Positions 16,916 through 25,436 of a DNA stretch of 35,433 nucleotides are shown here, in pieces (the stretch's first letter is position 1; every line of letters starts with the position of its first letter). The notes below the pieces were generated by a model that saw only the letters and a list, made by a program, of their open reading frames with translations, did no database searches and was not told where the DNA came from. Position numbers and translations under genes: made by a program. The stretch is from a virus (Duplodnaviria; Caudoviricetes). The stretch is taken from positions 1 to 35,433 of the IMG/VR virus record IMGVR_UViG_3300032303_001510. One strand, written 5' to 3'.

Positions 16916-19193
16916 TGTCGTATCCAGTGTCAAAGCCGATGGTAAATGCTCCACCAGCACCTGTTGTCTGATTTGACATCAACAGGGTAAATTTAGTAGT
17001 ACCACCGGAAGCATCCTCCGGTTGATTGGCTGCCTCAAGAATAAACCCTTGAACATCCAAACTGCCAGAAGTGAGCCTGACTTTCCGGTACTGCTCATCT
17101 TGAGACAAAGTTAAGAAATCGCAGAGACTTTGTGGATAGCTGAATTCAATGCCTATTGGTCTGAATAAATAGACAGCATCAGCTGGCCTTAGGTAAACAG
17201 GATCAACATTGGCATTCTCATTCAGCAGGCATTCCTCGCAATATTCCTGGCATGGGCCAATGGTGTCATCTATGTAGCTGCTGTAATTGGTCTGATATTG
17301 TCCAACCTGAAAGCGCAGCATTGGAGTAGTCAATCCATAAGTATTCATGCCTAAATACTTCCACCATCTCATTGCCACACGGGCAGGAGTGTGGAAGATA
17401 TTATAGAGGCCTGAGAGTGGTGAGTTGCTAGTGTTGATGTAATTGGATGGCATGCTCACTTGACCAGGTAAAAATGTAATTGAGCCAGATTGCTGAAATA
17501 GATTAAAGACTGTATTCTCTACATCTTCAAATGATAGCTCATTCCGGTTAAGCCAGATGATAAATTGCTCATAGTCATTAGGCCTATCTGATGTAGCACC
17601 ACCGAAACTGATGTCTGAGAGCCTCCTGCTAAATTCAATGGCATAACCTTCAGCGATAATCTGGCTTGTGATGTCCAACTTTGCGCTGCTTGCCTCATTC
17701 ATGGCCTTGTTATCCACAAAGTAATTACGGTCAGTGTGAATGGCATATACACCAGAAAGCTGAATGTTCTTCCACTTGTCTGAATAGCCTAATGTGATGT
17801 TATTCTTCAGCAAATCAACCTTAGCCATCTGATCTACTTCACCAACATTGGCAAAGGTCTGGCTTAGGATATTCTGATAAAAGTATTGCCTTGGCTCAAC
17901 TCTGATTTTCCACTCTGTTCCAGTCCATTCAAATGCCCATCCAAGGCAGAAGATTTTATCAAGATCTTCAAAGGTCTGCTTCCAGCTAGTCTTTAAAGCT
18001 CCAAGGCCATCCTGGTCTTCTGCTTGCCTAATTCGTAGGCCATTGGTCAATGCATTGTTCCAATAGCAGCCATCTCCTGACTCTGAGAAGGCATCTGAAA
18101 GCAATTTGTCACTGCTTCCGGTCATCATATAGATTGACCTTCTTAGCCATTGCTCAATGGTCAGCACATTGGCTGTGGATGCATACTGACCAGCATTAAT
18201 TTCGCTCAGGTTTATGGTGTAGCCTTCGTGAATTGTAACATCAACAGCCTGAGTAACTGTACTGAATGATGTCTGTGCAAAGAATAGACCTAATGTAATG
18301 CCAGGGCCAATGGTAATTGTTCCTGTGTAAGTTGGATTATAATTTATAACCTCAAGAGGAGATAAAGTAGGCGCAAACAGAGTCACGCATGGTGGAAATC
18401 CCTGCTGCACATTACCTGAAAATTGATAAAGGCCAAATGCTACATCAATATTACCTCCTGCATCATTGCTTTGAAGGGTAAAATCAATGGTGATGGTGTA
18501 CTGAAGTGTCCTTGTATAGCCTTGATTATTTTTAAATATTGGAGAGCCAGGTAAATTTCCATCGCCCGCCACATAAATCACATTCGTGTCAAAGGCTGAG
18601 CCATAATTATCGGTAAAATCCTTCTGCTGCCAATAAGTTGGCACAATGGCATACCGATTGAAGGCTGGGCCTGCTGGCCCTTTGCTCAGATATGTTGTGC
18701 TTTCAGCTAGATTCTTACCATTGGCCTGAAGATAAAGGTCTTGCCTGTGCAGCCTGATGTTCTTGAATGTCAAAGGGTCAATAGTGCCTCCATTTAGGTC
18801 AGTAGTGCTGGTCAGGTCAATCTCTACATCCTGCCTGCTCTTGAATTGCTCTCTGAAGTTATCATCAATGATGCCTACTGTCACTTCCCAGCTATCGGTG
18901 TCGCACACATTATGCTCCTGATATATGGCTAGATTAATCTTGCCTTGAAATTCATATGGTGCGCCTGCATAGCCTACATCGGAGACAATCAGGATGGTAA
19001 TGTCGGCATTAATAAAGTAGGTGTCATATAGAGCTTTTATCAGCTTTGCACCCTTATTGTAAAACCTTAATTCAGTGCTGAATGGTTGGTCAATGCCATG
19101 ACTTTCCATGCGTAGGGCTGTGAACTCAATGGCATCCCAGCCAATAGGCTCTTCAACCTCAATTCCATTCAAGTAAAATTTCCATCCTGCCAT
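16905..19193 (-). CDS. Minor tail protein (tail tip / hub)
   Basis: 762 aa, directly downstream of the tape measure gene. Confidence 0.7.
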   Translation of the reverse strand: MAGWKFYLNGIEVEEPIGWDAIEFTALRMESHGIDQPFSTELRFYNKGAKLIKALYDTYFINADITILIVSDVGYAGAPYEFQGKINLAIYQEHNVCDTDSWEVTVGIIDDNFREQFKSRQDVEIDLTSTTDLNGGTIDPLTFKNIRLHRQDLYLQANGKNLAESTTYLSKGPAGPAFNRYAIVPTYWQQKDFTDNYGSAFDTNVIYVAGDGNLPGSPIFKNNQGYTRTLQYTITIDFTLQSNDAGGNIDVAFGLYQFSGNVQQGFPPCVTLFAPTLSPLEVINYNPTYTGTITIGPGITLGLFFAQTSFSTVTQAVDVTIHEGYTINLSEINAGQYASTANVLTIEQWLRRSIYMMTGSSDKLLSDAFSESGDGCYWNNALTNGLRIRQAEDQDGLGALKTSWKQTFEDLDKIFCLGWAFEWTGTEWKIRVEPRQYFYQNILSQTFANVGEVDQMAKVDLLKNNITLGYSDKWKNIQLSGVYAIHTDRNYFVDNKAMNEASSAKLDITSQIIAEGYAIEFSRRLSDISFGGATSDRPNDYEQFIIWLNRNELSFEDVENTVFNLFQQSGSITFLPGQVSMPSNYINTSNSPLSGLYNIFHTPARVAMRWWKYLGMNTYGLTTPMLRFQVGQYQTNYSSYIDDTIGPCQEYCEECLLNENANVDPVYLRPADAVYLFRPIGIEFSYPQSLCDFLTLSQDEQYRKVRLTSGSLDVQGFILEAANQPEDASGGTTKFTLLMSNQTTGAGGAFTIGFDTGYDNGE

Positions 19194-19208
19194 AGCGCAA
19201 AGGTATAA

Positions 19209-19238
19209 AGAAAAAGCCCCTGCATTGCAGAGGCTCTT
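19209..19238 (-). terminator. Intrinsic terminator after the tape measure gene
   Basis: Minus strand GAGCCTCTGC-AAT-GCAGGGGCTT followed by a T-tract. Confidence 0.75.
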
Positions 19239-19266
19239 TGCATCGTCAATCTAAACCAATAACTGA

Positions 19267-21918
19267 CTAAACTGAGTCTGATCTGAATCTATTATTCAAG
19301 ATTCTAGTTGTCCTTCGTGGTGTTCGGATAAATTTCTCAAATCCCTTTTCATCCATGCTCACATGAGTGATTGGTAAGGACTTAAGGATGCTGCCAAGCT
19401 CTCTAATTTCACCTATCATTGGAGAGCCACCACTGCTGCCTCTGTTGGCATAGTGGTTAGCCAGGAATAGCTCCTGTCTGCTAAGTGCATGGTTAGGAAT
19501 AACCTGTGAGCCTTTTGGCAGATCAACCAGAGTCGCATTTGGAGGAGTGAAATAAACCTTGCCCGACTCAGTCACAACTTTCTCTACTCCTCGCTCACCT
19601 ACTATCGCCTTACCACCCTTGAATGGCTTACCCTTCGTTCCTTCGGCAAACTCAGGAATAGGAGTAGCAGCAATGATTCCTATTTGAGCTGCTGCTATTG
19701 CCCCGGCTAATACAGCTAATGGAGCTGTGGCAGGATTTGGCCCATACTTAATAAGCTGCTCACCTAATGTGAACAAGATTCTAGCTATTGAGGCTGCTTG
19801 CTCAGCCTTAAATTGTTTAGTCCTAATCTCCTTCTCCTTCTCTGCTTTCTGCTGATTAAGTTCATCAATCTTTTGCTGGTTGCCATCTGCAAGCCTTATT
19901 TCCTCATCATACCTGCGTTGAAGTAAGGTCATTTCATTGTTTAGTCTAGCTTGATAAAGTCCGAATGCACCATCAGAAATAGTTTGTGCTAGTTCAACTG
20001 TCTTAGACATTACTTGTCTTTTTAATTCTTCCTCTTGCAGTTTAATTTTAAGCATCATGGCATTATTAGCCATAATCTTATTATTTGCCTCAATCGCATC
20101 ATTGACACCTTGCTGCATTGTCTTTGCCCTTTCTTTTCTAATCTCTTCTTCTGTTTTAACTACTTCTTTATAATTATCCAGTCGAAGAGCTTTAGCCTTT
20201 TGATTAAAAATCTGTTCAGCATTTAATCGGCTAAGATTAGTATTCTGAATTTCAATATTTGTAATTTCAAGACCTTTAGCAGCATATTCTTTTTGCAACT
20301 TTAATTTTGCTTCAAAGAATGCTTTTTCAGCTCCTGATTCAGCTAATGGATCGCCATAAAGTTGCCCAATTAAAATCCTCTGCTCCTTTAGTAATTCTAG
20401 TAGTTTTAATCTATCATCATATTCCTTTTTAAGTCTTTTGGCTTTTTCTTTTTCATCTTCTGGTTTTTGGACTTGCTGAGTAATTGTTACTAAGCCTAAA
20501 ATCTTCTCATAAATATTCTCTTGTTCTTTTAGAATATTGAATTCCTTAGTGGCAGCATCTAGCTTAACCTTATCTTTTGTAATTCTGGCATCAACTTGCT
20601 TAAGCTGTGCATCAGTCAATCTTTTATCAATTTCAAAAAGTAATTGCCTTGCTGCTGATTGACGGCTTACAAATACTCCTTGCTTGATGCTAATGTCAAG
20701 GATTCGCTGAGCAATTTCTGCTTCTGTTCTTTTAGCTGCTATCTGCTCATCACTGGCTTTCTTAGCTCCTCCTCCTCCAGCTGCTTTACTAATTTCACTT
20801 GCAATTCCAGCAGCTAAATCATAAGCACCTTTCAGGAATGGATTGAGTCTGTTTCCTATTGCCAGAATTAGTTGGTCAATGGATGAGTTAAATCTGTTCT
20901 GACTAGCTGCAAGTGTAGTTATTTGAGTATTGCCTTTGCCAAATGTATTTTCAAGTTCAGTGGCAAACTTTGGCAGGAAGTCAGCAGCAAGTACCTGACC
21001 TTTTTGAAGCATCTTGTTAAGCTCTTGGGTTGTTACTCCCATAGCCTTGGCAGCTATGCCGAATGCTCCAACAAGTCGCTCACCTAATTGGCCTCTAAGT
21101 TCTTCAGCTTGCACATTGCCTTTGGACATCATTTGTCCAAGTGCCAGGAATGCGCCTTTAGTATCTTCGGCAGACAAGCCCATTACCTGTGCTGCCTTAG
21201 CTACTGCTGCAAATTGCCTGTTAGTCTCTTGGCTGCTTTGGCCTGCTAGGTTAGCAGCAGAAGCAAAGGTTTTATAGCCTTCAACTGCGCCCCTCAAATC
21301 AAGGCCTAGCTTCTGAGCTGTTTCCCTAATAAACTCAAAGTTTTTATTGCCCATCTCAGCTGAGCCAGAAGCAAAGTCAATGGCTTTCTGCATTGACTCA
21401 AACTTGATGGTTGTTTCAACAACTGCCTTCCCAAATTCAATTATTTTTGAAGCAGCAAAAATCCCAGCTAATGCAGCTCCAGCTTTGCCTGCAACAGCTT
21501 GAAATGAGGACATGCCACCTTCAGCCTTCTGAGTAGTTTCTTTGACATTTTTGAGGCTATTGTTTAGGTTGTCGGTGGCTTTCTTTAGCTCATCCTGAGC
21601 AGCTTTTAGCTGTTTAACTTTAGTCGCATAATCAGAATTTGCACTATTAGTATTCTTTACTTCAGAATTTAATCTCCTAACTTTAGCCTCCAAGTCAGCA
21701 ATACTTCCTGCCGCTGCCTTAGTTGGAGGAATCATTTTTTCAGGAGCTTTCCTGCCTTCTTCTCCCGTTTCCTTAAACTTGTCTCTGAGTTTAGCTAGCT
21801 GGTCTAATAAAGCCCTATCAGCAGCGGTTAGCTTGTCAAATTGTGAAGTTGCTGCTTGTAATTGGCTCAGGTCAATGTCATACCTGATTTTAATGTCATT
21901 CGTGGAAATAGTAGCCAT
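19267..21918 (-). CDS. Tail tape measure protein
   Basis: 883 aa, Ala/Lys/Glu-rich; ALGQMMSKGNVQAEELRGQLGE tape-measure motif; C-terminal FAEG..AIVGERGVE. Confidence 0.95.
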   Translation of the reverse strand: MATISTNDIKIRYDIDLSQLQAATSQFDKLTAADRALLDQLAKLRDKFKETGEEGRKAPEKMIPPTKAAAGSIADLEAKVRRLNSEVKNTNSANSDYATKVKQLKAAQDELKKATDNLNNSLKNVKETTQKAEGGMSSFQAVAGKAGAALAGIFAASKIIEFGKAVVETTIKFESMQKAIDFASGSAEMGNKNFEFIRETAQKLGLDLRGAVEGYKTFASAANLAGQSSQETNRQFAAVAKAAQVMGLSAEDTKGAFLALGQMMSKGNVQAEELRGQLGERLVGAFGIAAKAMGVTTQELNKMLQKGQVLAADFLPKFATELENTFGKGNTQITTLAASQNRFNSSIDQLILAIGNRLNPFLKGAYDLAAGIASEISKAAGGGGAKKASDEQIAAKRTEAEIAQRILDISIKQGVFVSRQSAARQLLFEIDKRLTDAQLKQVDARITKDKVKLDAATKEFNILKEQENIYEKILGLVTITQQVQKPEDEKEKAKRLKKEYDDRLKLLELLKEQRILIGQLYGDPLAESGAEKAFFEAKLKLQKEYAAKGLEITNIEIQNTNLSRLNAEQIFNQKAKALRLDNYKEVVKTEEEIRKERAKTMQQGVNDAIEANNKIMANNAMMLKIKLQEEELKRQVMSKTVELAQTISDGAFGLYQARLNNEMTLLQRRYDEEIRLADGNQQKIDELNQQKAEKEKEIRTKQFKAEQAASIARILFTLGEQLIKYGPNPATAPLAVLAGAIAAAQIGIIAATPIPEFAEGTKGKPFKGGKAIVGERGVEKVVTESGKVYFTPPNATLVDLPKGSQVIPNHALSRQELFLANHYANRGSSGGSPMIGEIRELGSILKSLPITHVSMDEKGFEKFIRTPRRTTRILNNRFRSDSV

Positions 21919-21950
21919 GAGCTTGTCTTTAGGCTTCAAAGATAGCAATT

Positions 21951-21980
21951 AAAAAAGCCACCCAATGTGGATGGCCTTTT
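21951..21980 (-). terminator. Intrinsic terminator after the tail chaperone gene
   Basis: Minus strand GCCATCCA-CAT-TGGGTGGC followed by TTTTTT. Confidence 0.7.
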
Positions 21981-22013
21981 CAAACAATTCTAAAAAAACA
22001 AAGCACAATAAAT

Positions 22014-22816
22014 CTACCCCTTACCCTTTTTAGCCTTTATAGTTGCAATATAGCTGCTTACAATTAAATAGTACTCATAGATTGGCCTTTCGACCAGGAA
22101 TTTAGCTCGGACAGGATCTCCACCTGAGACTCTAAACTGTTCATCAAATCTCTGTCTGTGCTGTCTAGTGATTGCAGTCCAATAATGTGTTTGAGGTTGT
22201 TGAGGCTTTGCAGAGTTTCGGCCTGTAAATAGTTCGGGAAATTCATGCTGTATTCGGTCAAAGAGGGTAGATAAGCGTACTCCGGCAGATTCAAAAAAAA
22301 ACCCTCCACATCATTGTGCTTCATCCAATGGTTTAGCTTTGACTTATTGTATGGATATTGATAGTCCAGTGGATTCTCCTGCTCATCAAAGTAAACAACT
22401 GTTGCCAGCTTAAGCTGCCGCAGTAGACTAACTGACATCTCCATCTGCTCTTTAAGCCTAGATGCCATGACACCTATCTCATAGAGCTTCTTATCATCCT
22501 TCTTTTTCTTGTCCATGAGCAAATTAATCAGCCCATTATTCCAGCCTCTGAGGAAGTCTGGGTTAATCTGCCAAAGTTCTTCTGTAAAGATGTCCCTGGC
22601 AGCTACTGCCCTCTGGAATGGCACATTGACTTCAGAAACAAACCGGAAATAGTTAGTGCCTCCAGAATTGAATGCAAACTCAATCTGATCCCAGCGGTCA
22701 ACAGGAGCTACTCCTCTGTACTTTGGTTTGCCTGACTCAGGCTGGACATTATCTGTTTCTGGATTAATGACAGGAGGAGCAGAAACAGGTGGTTTAGACC
22801 TAAAAATATTGAACAT
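22014..22816 (-). CDS. Tail assembly chaperone with a predicted -1 programmed frameshift (0-frame stop at 22064, -1 frame stop at 22014)
   Basis: Directly upstream of the tape measure gene. In-frame slippery G GGT TTT at 22304-22298; the -1 frame stays open for about 94 sense codons. Confidence 0.75.
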
Positions 22817-23097
22817 AAGTAAAATGGATAGTCAAACATCAGGCATGAGATGAACAAGAACTGCCATGCCCCGGAGCAGTAAGGGCATTCACCAAGTGGC
22901 TTTGCCCAGAAAGTCGGCAGCTTCTGAAGCTGGTAGAGATACCACTGCCCAATAGGGTGATCCTCCAGCAGGTAATCCAGAAACAATGAGAAAGCTGCAC
23001 AAATCAGTGCAATCAGCATCAAGGTCATCAGGCTCGAAATTGAGTGGAATGATGCAACAGCCTCTGCGCTTACCTCCACAACTTGATTCAATATCAT
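22708..23097 (-). CDS. Membrane protein with a CPYC motif (DUF1360-like)
   Basis: Two or three hydrophobic helices and KPLGECPYCSGAW. The start is uncertain. Confidence 0.6.
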   Translation of the reverse strand: MILNQVVEVSAEAVASFHSISSLMTLMLIALICAAFSLFLDYLLEDHPIGQWYLYQLQKLPTFWAKPLGECPYCSGAWQFLFISCLMFDYPFYLCSIFLGLNHLFLLLLSLIQKQIMSSLSQANQSTEE

Positions 23098-23108
23098 AAT
23101 TCATTGGT

Positions 23109-23492
23109 CTAGGCGAATATGTTAAAGATTAGAATGTTATCAGTCTGGTTGCTGATGGTATTGGCAAAGGTCATGCAGATGCTGTCATATTGCTTACCAT
23201 CGGTAGGAGTGAAGATGTATGGATTGACACTGCCCTGCTCATAGAAGCTGATGTGATACTGTCCTCCATAACTATTGATGAAGCCTTCCGGCATGGCAGT
23301 CAGGTCAAGCTCAACATAGCCATCAATGTCAATGGTCAGCAGTTGCTCCACAATGACATTCACTCCTGGCTTAGTAATCTTGATGACTATGTCTGCCTCG
23401 GTGAATGTAGTAGGCACAGCAATGTAGAATGCGAATGGGCAGCCATTGAGAGGCTCACAGACCTTGAAACAATCACTGCAACATAGTGCCAT
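23109..23492 (-). CDS. Hypothetical protein with a Cys-rich N-terminus, probably virion-associated
   Basis: Starts MALCCSDCFKVCEPLNGC at 23492, overlapping the end of TerL. Confidence 0.7.
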   Translation of the reverse strand: MALCCSDCFKVCEPLNGCPFAFYIAVPTTFTEADIVIKITKPGVNVIVEQLLTIDIDGYVELDLTAMPEGFINSYGGQYHISFYEQGSVNPYIFTPTDGKQYDSICMTFANTISNQTDNILIFNIFA

Positions 23493-24807
23493 ACTTTTCG
23501 AGATTGAAATTGCTTGTAATTTCAGCAAAGTTAGAGAAAATAAAATAGCGGAATGCATCCAGAGCATGAGACTTGTCTGGGTTCTTGTTCTTCCAGGCAT
23601 CTAGGCTGCCCTGCCTGTCCACCTTGGCCTCCTTCAGGTCTGTTACTAGCTCCTCACACCTCTTGCCACTTATCTGAACTTTAGCCTTCTGAAGCACAAG
23701 GATAGTAACCAATCGGCTAGCAATGTGGCTAGGGTTTGACTTAGCCACCTGAAGCTGAAGGTCTGAGACTTGCAAATAGTTTTTAATAAGAGCATAGGCA
23801 CTGATATTGTCCTGAGTAAAGGCATTTCTGGAAGCTCCAGAGGCATCACCGTTGATGATGTAGGTCATATTTGGAAACTCCTGCCTGATGGTCTGGCATA
23901 GGCCAGCTAGATCGCCAATGCGATAGACCTTGATGACATTGATTGTGGCATAATAAATGCCTTCCTCTGAGTTCTTGATGTACTGACTCACCACGCAGGT
24001 GTTGGTCACGTTGAAGTCAAAGGCAAGGTAGAGATTGTGAGCTGGAGAGGCCTTGATGTAGCCACCATAGACATGCCTTGAATAGTCAAAGGTGTAGGCA
24101 AAGAGTGACTCTCTATCCCAGACTCCCCATTGGCCTAGCGCATAAACCTCATAGTAAGTCTGGCTTACTGACTTGAGTGCCTCCATCCTAGTCACATACT
24201 CATCATCCAAGAAATCAATGGCATCCTTGTAAGTGCCATGCAGCCGGAGTACCTGGTTGGCCTCTTTGGGAGGAACATCATCAAAGAACCTCTTCTTAAT
24301 CCAATGGCTATCACTGACTGGATTGAAAGTCAGAAAGAATCGCTTTGGATGCTCGGACTTGCCCCTGAGTCGCAGAGTAATCTGAGTGAAGTCCTCCAGA
24401 GTCAATTCAGTGGCCTCCTCAATCCAGATATACTTAGCCTGGCTAAGTGACTTCAGCTTCTCAGGATCATCGCAGCCAAGAAACACAATCTTATTAGTAC
24501 CTGACTGCAACTCCATGTAGCCTGTCTTAGCCTTGATGAGCTTATCAAGACCCCATTGGCTAATCTTATTTCTGAAGTCAGCAAAGACTGAGTTCCTGAT
24601 GGTGGCAGCTACTTTTCGAATTACGAAAAAGGTCTGGAATTGATTGTCCTTGTTGTCGCATATCTCAGCCAGGAATAGCTGAATCATGGTCTGGCTCTTG
24701 CCACTTCCAGCACCTCCCCAAAGGATGTTGTAGGTCTTTGGGTCTGTTACTGCATCAAGGTACTTCTCCTGCCACAAGTCAGGACTTGAGAGATCAAGCT
24801 GTGCCAT
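23473..24807 (-). CDS. terL: Terminase large subunit (PBSX / SPP1-like)
   Basis: GGAGSGKS Walker A, IWIEEATEL Walker B, LTFNP, AFDFN and HALDAFRY nuclease motifs. Confidence 0.96.
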   Translation of the reverse strand: MAQLDLSSPDLWQEKYLDAVTDPKTYNILWGGAGSGKSQTMIQLFLAEICDNKDNQFQTFFVIRKVAATIRNSVFADFRNKISQWGLDKLIKAKTGYMELQSGTNKIVFLGCDDPEKLKSLSQAKYIWIEEATELTLEDFTQITLRLRGKSEHPKRFFLTFNPVSDSHWIKKRFFDDVPPKEANQVLRLHGTYKDAIDFLDDEYVTRMEALKSVSQTYYEVYALGQWGVWDRESLFAYTFDYSRHVYGGYIKASPAHNLYLAFDFNVTNTCVVSQYIKNSEEGIYYATINVIKVYRIGDLAGLCQTIRQEFPNMTYIINGDASGASRNAFTQDNISAYALIKNYLQVSDLQLQVAKSNPSHIASRLVTILVLQKAKVQISGKRCEELVTDLKEAKVDRQGSLDAWKNKNPDKSHALDAFRYFIFSNFAEITSNFNLEKYGTMLQ

Positions 24808-25127
24808 TAGGCTTCTGGTTCAGCTGCCTTCCTATTAACAGGCTGTGGCATAATGACTGTATTGAATGAGCCTTCCAGCTCAATGTCTTGCTTTGGTTTG
24901 CCATAGGCTCTATCCAGGAGTAATTCTGCTGCTCTTACATCACCTTTAGTTGCCTTGGCTCTCAGAGCCATTAGAATGGCCTCTGCTGCGGTCTTGCCAT
25001 CCTTCTCATCGCCAAGTACATTAGCAAGCAACTCCCTCAACTCAGGTAGCTTTTTAGGCCTTCCAGCAGGATTACCAGATTGGCCTTTTTTCCATTTTCC
25101 TTTTTCAAGATTCTCCGGCCTTGGCAT
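24807..25127 (-). CDS. terS: Terminase small subunit (DUF5681-type)
   Basis: WKKGQSGNPAGRPK and GDVRAAELLLDRAYGKPKQ; TAATG-coupled to TerL. Confidence 0.85.
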   Translation of the reverse strand: MPRPENLEKGKWKKGQSGNPAGRPKKLPELRELLANVLGDEKDGKTAAEAILMALRAKATKGDVRAAELLLDRAYGKPKQDIELEGSFNTVIMPQPVNRKAAEPEA

Positions 25128-25166
25128 CCTTGTTCTGTCCTTGTTTTGTACCTTTTTTTTGTTGCA

Positions 25167-25436
25167 TCATAATGACATAATAAATTTATCAAATTGGAAT
25201 TTAACGCAACTACTTAATTCAATGTATGTTTTTCCTTCTTCTGGAAAAGTATGAACTGCCAAGTGACTTTCACTTAACAAAAAAAGACATGTGTAACCAT
25301 GAGGATAAAAATATTTTTCAATAAATCCCTCAATTCCAAAGCCACTTTCAACAAGTTTATCTTTAAGATATGTTTTTAAAATATCAGAATTAACTTCACT
25401 AATCCAAGTGGAATAATTATGCATCTGAGCCTTCAT
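25167..25436 (-). CDS. speD: Minimal S-adenosylmethionine decarboxylase proenzyme
   Basis: FYPHGYT..LLSESHLAVHTFPE...IELSSC: E-S self-cleavage site plus the conserved His and Cys. Confidence 0.88.
   Translation of the reverse strand: MKAQMHNYSTWISEVNSDILKTYLKDKLVESGFGIEGFIEKYFYPHGYTCLFLLSESHLAVHTFPEEGKTYIELSSCVKFQFDKFIMSL

Noticed and set aside
25167-25436. speD as a simple polyamine auxiliary metabolic gene
   Set aside because: Not excluded, since a host spermidine synthase could use the product. It is disfavoured because speD overlaps and shares composition with the ParB-transferase and no phage speE is recognisable.
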